Positions 1-9,183 of a stretch of DNA of 64,000 nt are shown here, one piece after another; within the stretch, counting starts at the first letter, position 1, and every line of letters begins with the position of its first letter. The DNA comes from a virus. The stretch is from positions 1 through 64,000 of IMG/VR virus record IMGVR_UViG_3300028844_003474; one strand, given 5' to 3'. The notes under the pieces are model-generated. The model was not told the DNA's origin, ran no database searches, and saw nothing but the letters and a program-made list of their open reading frames with translations. Position numbers and translations under genes: made by a program.

Positions 1-40
1 GCATTATTTATAAGAATATCTTCTAATCCAATAGGCATAA

Positions 41-1669
41 TTAACTTACAGTATAAGTTCCAGAACCAAGGGCGCCAGAGTTTTTAGTTCGAAGTACAGT
101 CATACTTACATCAGCGTTATGCTGATTAGTTAGAGTGAATGGTCCAATATAAATTATTGCAGTGCTAGTTGAGCCCGTAGTGTCGCCTGTGTAAATAGGC
201 AGCCCAAGAGGGTTGTTAATATTGTTAACCGTTACAGCAGTCGGATATACCCAATAGACATAATCATACGATCCGTCACTAGATAAACTTAAATTACCAA
301 CGCTGCTGTACAAAGCGCTTTCTACTGCGTTAGCTCCTGCTAAAGTGCTAGATGTTGTTACAAGCGTTGTGCCATTAGCATTTGTAAGGCTGCCAAAGTT
401 AATTGCAGTAGTTGAATCTAAAATCCAATACCGATACCGTACAGTGCTACTGATAGATTTGTTTGAAATGCCAGATCCTTGAGAATCTGTAAAACTTGAT
501 AACGTTAATTTAGCCGCATTTGAACGAGAGGTAGATGAGCCTGATTGACCTGCAGGAGTAGCGTTAGTTACCAGCAGTGTTCCTGATCGGCTAAAGCTTA
601 CAGTCTGAGATGCTGATGGAGTAACAACAGCATTGGTACCATTAGAGATATAAGTGTCTGTAAAAGCCGCTGTTCCGTTATCAGATGAATTGACATTACT
701 AAAGTTTGAAAACGCTACAGTAAAGTTTGTATCTGAGTATGAAGCCCCGTGCTCGTAAGTACCTGAAGTCCAACCAGATAACGTCATTACTGGTGGTTGG
801 AAATGAATTAATAACTGTCGCAACACAGACTCAATAGACGTACCTTGCGCGAATGTCCCAGGGTCTGTAAAAAACAATTGAGTCTCTGTAGGGTCTAAAG
901 ATGCAGCTAATGAAGGCCCTGGAAGGTTGTTAATTAAAGTAGTGTTAGCATTAATAGCAGCCGTTAACGTAGTATCTGCAGATGCTCTTGTGGAAGCCTC
1001 AGTACTTATGTCTGTTTGAAGCTGTGTAATATCAGTGTCATTGCTTTGAATTGCAGTTAGGTTTGATGCAATGTTTGTTGCATTTGTGCCAATAGAGGTG
1101 CTGTTTACATTAATTGATGCTGTTAAAGCATTGTCTGCAGCAGTCCTATTCGTTACTTCAGTAGCTAAATCAGTTTGCAACTGAGAGATATCTCCAGTGT
1201 TTGTTGCAATAGACGTAACGTTAGTTGCTATGTCTGCATCGTTGCTAGTAATTTGCCCTTGAAGAGCGGTATCTTCTGCAATACGCGCTGCAGTTTCAGT
1301 CGAAATAGAAGCTGTGTTTGTAGAAATACTATTGCTATTTGAAACAATCTCTGTAGCATTAGTACTAATTGCAGTTTCATTATTTTCTACACCATCTTCT
1401 AAATCTTGTAAAGCTCCTTTAATCGTTTCATTATCTACAATAATGTCACCACTAAAAACACCTAAGTTTGTACTTTGAGGAGCTACTCCTGTAAGTACAG
1501 CCACAACTTCTCCACCTCCTCCATAGTAATTAGTAATGTTTAAAGGAGATACAACTACTGTATTTTGAGTAATCTGCTCTGTAATTTCTAACGAGATAGG
1601 ATTAACCGTTTGGCTAACAGATACTGTATTAGCTACAGGAGAAGTTTGGGTGATTGTTAGAGAAGCCAT
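41..1669 (-). CDS. Virion fibre/tail-associated protein with long Thr/Asn/Ala coiled-coil shaft and beta-rich C-terminus
   Basis: Heptad repeats (IATNTxxIxxLQTD, ExxxRxxAD), LGxFSGxII...IKGALQDLE motif typical of phage fibres, position in structural block. Confidence 0.65.
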   Translation of the reverse strand: MASLTITQTSPVANTVSVSQTVNPISLEITEQITQNTVVVSPLNITNYYGGGGEVVAVLTGVAPQSTNLGVFSGDIIVDNETIKGALQDLEDGVENNETAISTNATEIVSNSNSISTNTASISTETAARIAEDTALQGQITSNDADIATNVTSIATNTGDISQLQTDLATEVTNRTAADNALTASINVNSTSIGTNATNIASNLTAIQSNDTDITQLQTDISTEASTRASADTTLTAAINANTTLINNLPGPSLAASLDPTETQLFFTDPGTFAQGTSIESVLRQLLIHFQPPVMTLSGWTSGTYEHGASYSDTNFTVAFSNFSNVNSSDNGTAAFTDTYISNGTNAVVTPSASQTVSFSRSGTLLVTNATPAGQSGSSTSRSNAAKLTLSSFTDSQGSGISNKSISSTVRYRYWILDSTTAINFGSLTNANGTTLVTTSSTLAGANAVESALYSSVGNLSLSSDGSYDYVYWVYPTAVTVNNINNPLGLPIYTGDTTGSTSTAIIYIGPFTLTNQHNADVSMTVLRTKNSGALGSGTYTVS

Positions 1670-2010
1670 TAATAAGCGCTATTATCTACAATTTGAATTT
1701 TTCCTTCTAACAATCTAAGCTCTGGTGTTCCCGTAATATCAATGTAATAAATACCTTGAGGAAACGACAAATTTTCTATTTCAGTAGAAGTTATATGGAT
1801 TACAAAAAGACCATTGGCTAAATCATTTCCAGCTACTGCTGTTAGATCTTTACTTAAAGCAGGTGTTGCATCAAGTCCATTATCCTTAACTGTAAGCATA
1901 ATTGTACTTCCTGAAAGATCGACAACAGAATCTGTATCGTCTTTGTAAGTAATATTAATAATGAGATCTTGATTTGTCTCGGCTTTAATATGATAAGTTC
2001 CAGCTGCCAT
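1669..2010 (-). CDS. BppU-N-like tail/baseplate adaptor protein
   Basis: YKD...VDLSG...LTVK...GxYxIDI...RLLEGKI pattern; translationally coupled to fibre gene. Confidence 0.55.
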   Translation of the reverse strand: MAAGTYHIKAETNQDLIINITYKDDTDSVVDLSGSTIMLTVKDNGLDATPALSKDLTAVAGNDLANGLFVIHITSTEIENLSFPQGIYYIDITGTPELRLLEGKIQIVDNSAY

Positions 2011-3272
2011 TATACAAGTGTTATGTCATAAACGTTAGGTTTACCATCTCCGTTGTTTTCAATAATTGTTATTCCGCTAGAGCTAGTCCACCCGTTTGAT
2101 TCGCTGTAAAAGTTTCCCGTAAAAATGGGAGCTACTGTAATAGAACGATAGTTTGCTTGGTCCCAAGCAATTTCATCTATTTGCTGATACAATCTTTTTT
2201 TACGACGGCTGTGCCAGTGCCCTCCTAATAAGACGTTATACTTATCTTGAACGCCGTATTCCCAAAAGATTTTAGCCATATCGTTTTTAGATAAGCCTAA
2301 ATGATTATGAGTAAGTATATATTGAATGCCATTTATATCTTTAGATATAAGCATAGGATCCCAAACTACATTAATAAACTTACAAGTTTGAGTAAGCATA
2401 TAAGCAATGATTTGAGCTACTCCTCCCTTAGGATCTAACTCAGTTTTAATTGTAGTTCTGTCATGGTTACCACTTACAATAGATATTCCTTTAAGGTTGT
2501 GAACCTTGTCAAGAAAATCTCGAATAATTTGGTAAGCAAGAATAACCGCGTTTGCGCCATGCCCTTGATATTCAAGCTCTTGCCATGTATTAGAATGATT
2601 TAAACCTGTAAAAGATTCTATAAAATCTCCTAATAATACTACTTCAACTGCTTCATACTGAAGCTTGTTAATGTGACGAGCCGCTTGATCTAATCGAGAT
2701 ACAATTACATCGTAACTATAGTCTTGAGTAATCTGCAAGTCTTTAACTTTAGCTCCAACATGAAGATCGGCTAAAACTAAAATGCCTGTATTATTGCCTT
2801 TGACTGCTCGAGGTTTTAACTCTCTAACTGACTTAAGGTAATCTTCTTTAAGATCGTCTATGTCAACTGACGTAGCCTTTCGAGGTACAAGTTTAAGCTT
2901 TACTTGATAGTTTGTATTCTCTCCAGAATCCCAGCTGTTAGCAACCCAGGAATCAACTTCCCATAATTTTGTATCAACGTCAAAGAACTTTAGTGCTTCA
3001 TCTAAAGTAGTTATGCTTTTAGGGCCTTTATAAAGATATTCTTTATTGCCCTTTCCCTCTAATTGAGATTTATGATGCATTCTGTGCTGAGAGTTAGTTG
3101 ATGCAGCTTTGTACTCTGAGATCTTTCGCCTTAGTGTGCGATGTTTAACATCAATTTGAGGCTCACTTTCTAATATAAGAGTAGCCAGTTTTCGATTACT
3201 CTCCCCCGGCCATTCGTTAATGTAGCGCCGAATGATATCATTTATATTCATGAAGTATAGAACTTCAACCAA
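2010..3272 (-). CDS. Calcineurin-like metallophosphoesterase with N-terminal HTH-like region (likely start near 3251)
   Basis: DLH, GD, GNHD, H and GHWH metal-binding motifs in canonical order. Confidence 0.8.
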   Translation of the reverse strand: MVEVLYFMNINDIIRRYINEWPGESNRKLATLILESEPQIDVKHRTLRRKISEYKAASTNSQHRMHHKSQLEGKGNKEYLYKGPKSITTLDEALKFFDVDTKLWEVDSWVANSWDSGENTNYQVKLKLVPRKATSVDIDDLKEDYLKSVRELKPRAVKGNNTGILVLADLHVGAKVKDLQITQDYSYDVIVSRLDQAARHINKLQYEAVEVVLLGDFIESFTGLNHSNTWQELEYQGHGANAVILAYQIIRDFLDKVHNLKGISIVSGNHDRTTIKTELDPKGGVAQIIAYMLTQTCKFINVVWDPMLISKDINGIQYILTHNHLGLSKNDMAKIFWEYGVQDKYNVLLGGHWHSRRKKRLYQQIDEIAWDQANYRSITVAPIFTGNFYSESNGWTSSSGITIIENNGDGKPNVYDITLV

Positions 3273-3296
3273 TATAAAGTAAAATCAAACAAATTC

Positions 3297-3476
3297 TTAG
3301 AACTTGCCTTTGTAAAACGAATGGTTTGCTAAAGAACTACTTGGTTGAGCTTGTTCTAAATCTGCTAAAACTGCTAGCATAAACGTTTTTTCGTTTAAGT
3401 CTAGCATAACAATAGCGTCTGCAGCCTTTTTTACTGAAGCGCTTTCATACGTGTTTATTCCTCCATACGTTAACAT
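3297..3476 (-). CDS. Small hypothetical protein
   Basis: ORF track; ATG overlaps the stop of the upstream gene. Confidence 0.5.
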   Translation of the reverse strand: MLTYGGINTYESASVKKAADAIVMLDLNEKTFMLAVLADLEQAQPSSSLANHSFYKGKF

Positions 3477-4111
3477 CCGCAAATAGTATCAGTTCCATTA
3501 AGGAAGTTAATTAATGTTTGAACCATGCTGTTTACTTCTGTAAGTATAGCTTGAGTATCAAGGGTTGTCATATTTTCTTCTCTACTTAACCCAATTACTT
3601 TGTTGTAAATCAACTCTTGATACGCTTTTGCTTTTACAAACTTCTCACTTAACTCAGTATTAAGTGTGCATTTACACTGAGAATCCAATACTTGTTTAGC
3701 TAAAATTACTAGCTTGGCCTCAACAGTAGGGACATGCAGTAGCCATTGTATATCATCTGATGAACTATGAAATGCTTCGTATTTATATAACCCGTCTTTC
3801 CATTCACTAATAGTAAAAGAACTAGTAGTACTATCTGCTCCAAAATAATCTTCATAGTTATCTCCACCTAAGCTAAAATATGTTTGCATAGTGGTTAAAT
3901 CAAAGATAAATGCATCTGACGTAGAAGGAGATTGAGGAAAACTGAAGTAGATAACATCTGTTAAATCTCCAATTAAAGCGTTTAAGTAACTTCCATCTGT
4001 AAAATAGAAAGTAAGTCCAGTAGGACTTGCAGTAGTTCCCGAAGGAACACGTATACGTCCTACAAGATCAGATGAAGAAGTAAATTCGAATGTTGTAGCA
4101 ATATCTGACAT
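3470..4111 (-). CDS. Putative structural protein (crAss-like tail hub type, Cys-containing C-terminus CKC...CGC)
   Basis: Structural block position; terminal CGC; DGxY motif. Confidence 0.45.
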   Translation of the reverse strand: MSDIATTFEFTSSSDLVGRIRVPSGTTASPTGLTFYFTDGSYLNALIGDLTDVIYFSFPQSPSTSDAFIFDLTTMQTYFSLGGDNYEDYFGADSTTSSFTISEWKDGLYKYEAFHSSSDDIQWLLHVPTVEAKLVILAKQVLDSQCKCTLNTELSEKFVKAKAYQELIYNKVIGLSREENMTTLDTQAILTEVNSMVQTLINFLNGTDTICGC

Positions 4112-4117
4112 ACTATT

Positions 4118-4158
4118 AAAATAAAAGGGGGATGAGAGTCATTTCCCCCACCCCCCTT
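4118..4158 (-). terminator. Intrinsic terminator
   Basis: Minus strand GGGGGGTGGGGG / CTCTCATCCCCC stem followed by TTTT. Confidence 0.7.
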
Positions 4159-4177
4159 CAGATGAATTAAAATAAAA

Positions 4178-4954
4178 TTACGCTACCGACCAAGTGGCGA
4201 TCGCATTCTGATCGTGCAGGACATAAACGATTTCCTGGTCAATGTAACCAGCTCCAAAGTTTTTGTCAAACCGAGTAGTCTGTTTTACAAAAGAAACTAA
4301 AGAGTAGCTTGCCGCAGTTAACAATGCTCCAAAATCAGGTTCTACAACTGGAAAGCCAACCCGGTTAGTCCGTCCATAAATATGAGTAGCTATGTTTTTG
4401 GCAAACTCAATAGCTTCTTCTTTAGTGTATCCTTTATGAAAAGCAAAGGGATTTTCAGCAATTGAAGCGTCCATATCTTCATTTACAGCAACTTTTAATA
4501 CTACATCAGCAGCTGCTGTAATTACAATACCGGTAGCATCTGCAGGAGCAGCGGCGTCTAACACACAGGTTAAACCTCTACCATCGCCAGGATTTAATTC
4601 TGCTCCGGCTATAGCAGTTACCAACTCATCATAAGTTTCGCCAGAAAAAGTCCTTCTAGGAAAAACTTGACGACCGTCAGTAACATCTATAACAGTAACA
4701 TGCATAGTTCTACCGTCACTAAAAACAGTATCATTACCCGTTGTACTTGTAGTAATTGTTAGTTGTTGCGCAGTCGCTTGCACATAGTTATCTTCGGTCG
4801 TGCCTTCAGGGAGCACAATCAGGTCACCTGATGCCGTACCTGCATAAGTAACACCAACGTAAGCGTTAGTTAGGGTAGTTTCACCCAGTAAGTCAGTTGC
4901 AGCTCCTAAATCTTCAGAAGTAGCTACAAAAAGAGATTTTTTAGTATTAGCCAT
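4178..4954 (-). CDS. Putative auxiliary capsid/decoration protein
   Basis: Ala/Thr-rich, followed by a terminator, crAss-like synteny after the ring protein. Confidence 0.45.
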   Translation of the reverse strand: MANTKKSLFVATSEDLGAATDLLGETTLTNAYVGVTYAGTASGDLIVLPEGTTEDNYVQATAQQLTITTSTTGNDTVFSDGRTMHVTVIDVTDGRQVFPRRTFSGETYDELVTAIAGAELNPGDGRGLTCVLDAAAPADATGIVITAAADVVLKVAVNEDMDASIAENPFAFHKGYTKEEAIEFAKNIATHIYGRTNRVGFPVVEPDFGALLTAASYSLVSFVKQTTRFDKNFGAGYIDQEIVYVLHDQNAIATWSVA

Positions 4955-4965
4955 TGTATAAGAGT

Positions 4966-5655
4966 TTATTCAGTTGTTGTAAGTTCACCAGCCGAAGTTT
5001 GATATCTAGGAGATTCAATTGCTTCAATAATTGTTTTCACCGCAATATCAATAATTTCGTGGTGAGTATGTTCAGCTAATTCACTTGTTTGATTTAATTG
5101 TAAGTCAATTTGCTGTGGCGTCCTAATATAATCTAACGATATACCTTCTACTATAAAGTTTTCGTTGTTTTGAAAAACTTTAATATCTCGATCTGAAAGA
5201 GTAGCTAAAGGAGATGCAGAGGTGCTTTGAGCAAAAGGATCTTGTTGCAAAAAGTGTACTTCATGGTTTGCAACAACTCTAACTGGAACTGTAACTAAAG
5301 GGCTTTGTAAAGTTGCAGGCGCACAATTATCCTTGCGTATAGCAGCTCTAATGTTAACTAGATACAGATAGTTTGCAGGAAGGTCATAGTATTGAAATTC
5401 AATACCTGCTTGACCGCTGGTTTCATCTGTGTAATCGTTAGTAATTAACAATCTTAAATCATCTAATCTTTTTTGATTAGCTACAAATCCTAACTGTTTT
5501 ATATCACTATGGCTAAAGGCTCTATCCTTAATAAAACGGTCTTGAGCCCTGTTTAACCAATAGTCAATTTCTTCAGGTAAAAAGTTGTCATATGCAAAAC
5601 TTCCTACTTTTTGAAGTCCTTGATCTACAGCATAATGCAACTCTTGAACCGTCAT
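4966..5655 (-). CDS. crAss-like ring (head-tail connector) protein
   Basis: EEIDYWLNRAQ...KRLDDLR...YIRTP...ELxEHTHHEIIDIAV pattern of conserved crAss ring proteins. Confidence 0.75.
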   Translation of the reverse strand: MTVQELHYAVDQGLQKVGSFAYDNFLPEEIDYWLNRAQDRFIKDRAFSHSDIKQLGFVANQKRLDDLRLLITNDYTDETSGQAGIEFQYYDLPANYLYLVNIRAAIRKDNCAPATLQSPLVTVPVRVVANHEVHFLQQDPFAQSTSASPLATLSDRDIKVFQNNENFIVEGISLDYIRTPQQIDLQLNQTSELAEHTHHEIIDIAVKTIIEAIESPRYQTSAGELTTTE

Positions 5656-6782
5656 ACCTGGACTTTTGTTTTAAGCGTAAAAGTCATATCATCCGGAGAG
5701 TCACCAAACGGTGAATTTCCATTAGTCTTTAAAGTTTCTAAGTGGCTCTTTGTACTCGCATTGAACTTAACTAAGATCTTTAAAGACTTAAGCATGTCAG
5801 CTACATAAGCATTAACCGTAATATGATTATCCCAGGATTTATTTATACTTAGTGGATAAGAAGTTGCAATACTAAGAGTACTTACGTTGCTTAAGCTTAA
5901 TTCACTAGAGCTTAAAAACATGCGATACGATATTGTATTTGTACCTGCTTGCGTCAAAAGCGTCCAATTACTGGCAGTTATCCAAGCTGTATCTGCAAAA
6001 CCTGAACTTGGGTCGTAGCCAATATAAACTTCATCAGCAACAGCTGCATCAGATGGCATAAACAAGTGATATACTTTAGGTCTAATACTTTCAGGAATCT
6101 TCTTTAAAAATTCTGTAATGTTTGTATCAGCACCAGTCCAGTTAAGAGCTTGAATTGTATTTAATTCAGATGTGGTAAAACCACTAAAACCTCCCATTAA
6201 ATATTCATAACCTAGTTTAACGGTTCCTAAAAAAGAAATGTCCGTAAGAGCTTGATCATCTGAATACCCTGAAAAAGGACCATTTGAGTTTAACCAAGAG
6301 TTAGACCATCTGTTATTTCCAGTTATAGGACTTGCTATAACAGTATCAGTAAAAACATCATAAATAGCTGAAGATGAATTGTTTAAAGGTATTACTTCAA
6401 ATTCTGAAGGAATTGCGTCAGTATCTAATCTGTAAGGAGAAGCATCTGCATCATATGCTCCAAAGGGTATAACGGAAAGAGACATTGTATCTACATGCGT
6501 TTTAACTGTAGCTACTTCTGGTTCTCCTGCTGAAACAAGCGTCCAAAAATCCTCGTTATCCCAAGTATTTACATCCTCTCCAACGTATTGATACACGCCA
6601 GGCGTATCTCCAGTTATAATTGCTAAAAACCCAGGTATTTTTTGATATGCTTTAGCATTATCTATAGCATCTTGTAGGGTAGCAAAAAACGAAAGTCCTT
6701 TAATACTTTGATCTGTTATGTCAATAACAGGATAGTTTTGTCCAGCCCCTAAACCAAGACTATCAGGAATTGTAATAGGCAT
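5652..6782 (-). CDS. Putative virion fibre/decoration protein
   Basis: N-terminal IxIPD...YPVID...IKG anchor-like motif; Ser/Thr/Asp-rich. Confidence 0.45.
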   Translation of the reverse strand: MPITIPDSLGLGAGQNYPVIDITDQSIKGLSFFATLQDAIDNAKAYQKIPGFLAIITGDTPGVYQYVGEDVNTWDNEDFWTLVSAGEPEVATVKTHVDTMSLSVIPFGAYDADASPYRLDTDAIPSEFEVIPLNNSSSAIYDVFTDTVIASPITGNNRWSNSWLNSNGPFSGYSDDQALTDISFLGTVKLGYEYLMGGFSGFTTSELNTIQALNWTGADTNITEFLKKIPESIRPKVYHLFMPSDAAVADEVYIGYDPSSGFADTAWITASNWTLLTQAGTNTISYRMFLSSSELSLSNVSTLSIATSYPLSINKSWDNHITVNAYVADMLKSLKILVKFNASTKSHLETLKTNGNSPFGDSPDDMTFTLKTKVQV

Positions 6783-6784
6783 AA

Positions 6785-7972
6785 TTAAGTGTTAAAAATT
6801 ATTGGTGAACTGGTTCCTGGAAATATAGAGTTGGTTTGAGGAGAAACATATGCTATATACTGAATTCTACATTCTTCAGTAGAAGTGCTAAACCCTAACC
6901 CAGTAGTCGGATTTGATGATATGTCTAGTTCTACAGCGGCATTTAACGGTGTTGGACTATACGGAAACGATCCAGCACTAGCACCTACATAAGTACTTGC
7001 TTGACCGCCTGCTGGCATAAACCAGACTTGTTTATATTCGGTTCCGCCTTCTACCCAAAACGTTGCGCTACCTCCTTGTTCTCCTAGACCAACTGTATGT
7101 CCTGTTGCGTATTCTGCTGGATACTCCCATGTAATTGGATCATCATTATCATCTACGTCAGATCCACTATAGTTACCACTTTTAGAATGACGAATTAACG
7201 GATAATAACTAGAACCTAAAGCGATTGAAAGGACTGGCCGATATAGGCTTTCTACAACATTCCAGATGCCGCCCTCAATTGCTCCTGCTATATCACCCCA
7301 TGCGAACGCTCCGCCATCCGCCATGTTTAACATAAACGCAGGAGGCGTCCAAGCTAAACCTGTATTTTCAGTGTTTCCTACTTGATTACCTTCAGTATCA
7401 TTAAGTTTTAAACCAAACCCAAGCGATAGCTTTGAAACGTTTCCGTTTCCTCCCGCAGCAAATCCATAACTAAAATCAGAAGATGGACCCCCTGCAGTAT
7501 AATCTGTAGTTACATCTACATTATTTATCAGCCCTGCAGTACCAGTTACAGTTTCAGTAGCTTCATCTACTGGTGCGTAAACAATTTCAGTAATTACTCC
7601 TGCAGGGTCCTCGTACGAAAACCTAATTCCACCAATAGTAAGCTCATCGCCTGCCATATTAGTAGTTGTAAAAGGAATTAAATTTTGGTTCTCATCTAAT
7701 AAAGAAAAACTTTGAATACCTGCAGTTGGAGTACCTTCTAATATTCTTCGTATAATTTCCTCAAGAGAAGTACCTGCTAGAAACACGTCGCCAATATCTA
7801 TGCTTCCTACAGCTTCACTAGATGTTAAGTTTTCTGATAAAACAGATGATCCCGCTTCTAACTCTGATAAAAATTTAGCAAGCTTAGGGCTACTAACATC
7901 AATAGAATTGTGTTTTCCAGATTTACCTTTAGGAGTAAATCTTCCTTTCGAGTTAAATTCCCTTTTAGCCAT
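6785..7972 (-). CDS. Putative virion fibre/decoration protein
   Basis: GxxFxAGTSLEEIIRRIL motif shared with 41..1669; Gly/Thr/Ser-rich. Confidence 0.45.
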   Translation of the reverse strand: MAKREFNSKGRFTPKGKSGKHNSIDVSSPKLAKFLSELEAGSSVLSENLTSSEAVGSIDIGDVFLAGTSLEEIIRRILEGTPTAGIQSFSLLDENQNLIPFTTTNMAGDELTIGGIRFSYEDPAGVITEIVYAPVDEATETVTGTAGLINNVDVTTDYTAGGPSSDFSYGFAAGGNGNVSKLSLGFGLKLNDTEGNQVGNTENTGLAWTPPAFMLNMADGGAFAWGDIAGAIEGGIWNVVESLYRPVLSIALGSSYYPLIRHSKSGNYSGSDVDDNDDPITWEYPAEYATGHTVGLGEQGGSATFWVEGGTEYKQVWFMPAGGQASTYVGASAGSFPYSPTPLNAAVELDISSNPTTGLGFSTSTEECRIQYIAYVSPQTNSIFPGTSSPIIFNT

Positions 7973-8775
7973 TAGTCAAAAGCTTTTAATTTAGATTTTA
8001 TGTCTTGAAGCATACCGCTATTTCGCTTCAATTTTAACGCTTTAACAGCTCCACTAAGCTCTTCACCAATTTCTTCGTCTCCGAACATGTAGGTGTTACC
8101 TACTTTTCGTAAAACAGTTTTATCAACACAATCATTAATAAGAGAAATGTATTCTAAATCTTTGTCTTCACAGACTCGAATAAATTCTGCAGGATTCGCA
8201 TCAACAAGCTCTTCTAATTCAAGCTCCTTCTGATCCTTGTTGAGGAGGTCAACCTTCCGGCCCATAGCCTTCAGAACCTGACTCATTTTTACTTCATCCT
8301 CACACACTAATATAAGGTGTTTATAAGCACTTTTCCTAATTCTTCCTTCGTTTACTCTTCCTTCTTCCTTTTTCTTAGGATCAAAAAAGTAGTATCGAGT
8401 ACCAGAAATACTGCTGTCTTCTTCTTCTGCTACATGCGGATGATTTATTGCAAATCTAAATTTAACAAAATCAAGAGGAGCTTCAGGATTTCCGTCTGGA
8501 TCCATTGCAATATTTAACTCTACACCTGATTGAGGAACTTCAATTGTAAGCTCTGCATAAAAGCGTTGCACCTTGTGAGCCCACCCAGCTTCAGTAGGAC
8601 TCATTCCAATTATTGGTGGTAAAATTCTTTTTTGTTCTTCTAAACTAAGTCCTTTCAATAAGGATCCAGAAGATTCAAATACACTTCCAATTCGACGTTT
8701 AGCGTCAATGTAAACATCATCAGGAAGGTTTGTAGTATTCTCCCGTCGTAGGAGATAAACGAGTTTATTGCTCAT
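7972..8775 (-). CDS. Conserved crAss-like protein downstream of the MCP (gp75-like)
   Basis: Synteny after MCP; C-terminal LRKxGNxYxFGDExIG pattern. Confidence 0.55.
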   Translation of the reverse strand: MSNKLVYLLRRENTTNLPDDVYIDAKRRIGSVFESSGSLLKGLSLEEQKRILPPIIGMSPTEAGWAHKVQRFYAELTIEVPQSGVELNIAMDPDGNPEAPLDFVKFRFAINHPHVAEEEDSSISGTRYYFFDPKKKEEGRVNEGRIRKSAYKHLILVCEDEVKMSQVLKAMGRKVDLLNKDQKELELEELVDANPAEFIRVCEDKDLEYISLINDCVDKTVLRKVGNTYMFGDEEIGEELSGAVKALKLKRNSGMLQDIKSKLKAFD

Positions 8776-8825
8776 TCTATTTGTTGTTTAAGGGTCTTAA
8801 TAAGGGGTCTGCTATATACTTGAGC

Positions 8826-8960
8826 TTAACCGCTGCAGCTTTCGCAGTCTTCAGGAGAATCTAGGTTACATGTTAATTCACCTGAATCTTGTTTATCAGT
8901 ACTTTCTTTTACCCGTTTAGGATTGAGAAAGCTGATAGTTTCATCTTCTTCGTAGATCAT
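8826..8960 (-). CDS. 44-aa acidic peptide ending CNLDSPEDCESCSG (not in ORF track)
   Basis: Hand translation MIYEEDETISFLNPKRVKESTDKQDSGELTCNLDSPEDCESCSG; ATGA overlap with upstream ORF. Confidence 0.75.
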   Translation of the reverse strand: MIYEEDETISFLNPKRVKESTDKQDSGELTCNLDSPEDCESCSG

Positions 8961-9118
8961 CTCTTTTTTCTTTTTTTCTTTTTCTTCTTAGACTTAGACC
9001 TTTTAAGGGCTGCGTCCGTGGGTGCTCCTTTAGTTCCGGGCTTACGCATACTTTCGCCAGAGCCTGCTTTAATACGTTTACGCTTGGCGTGTATGTTATC
9101 CCATAATCCTCTAGCCAT
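8957..9118 (-). CDS. 53-aa highly basic protein (not in ORF track)
   Basis: Hand translation MARGLWDNIHAKRKRIKAGSGESMRKPGTKGAPTDAALKRSKSKKKKKKRKKR. Confidence 0.75.
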   Translation of the reverse strand: MARGLWDNIHAKRKRIKAGSGESMRKPGTKGAPTDAALKRSKSKKKKKKRKKR

Positions 9119-9138
9119 AATTTAAAAGGTTATAGGAT

Positions 9139-9166
9139 AAAAGGGGAGAGCTGTATTGCCCTCCCC
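9139..9166 (-). terminator. Intrinsic terminator after MCP
   Basis: Minus strand GGGGAGGGC-AATACA-GCTCTCCCC followed by TTTT. Confidence 0.8.
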
Positions 9167-9183
9167 ATTTTATCTAATTAGTA

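Noticed and set aside
880-1400. DNA tandem repeat or DGR variable region in the fibre gene
   Set aside because: Repetition is at the protein heptad level only; no template repeat or reverse transcriptase in the window
8889-9125. Plus-strand Phe-rich 78-aa ORF
   Set aside because: Antisense shadow of the two minus-strand micro-ORFs (poly-Lys read as poly-Phe)
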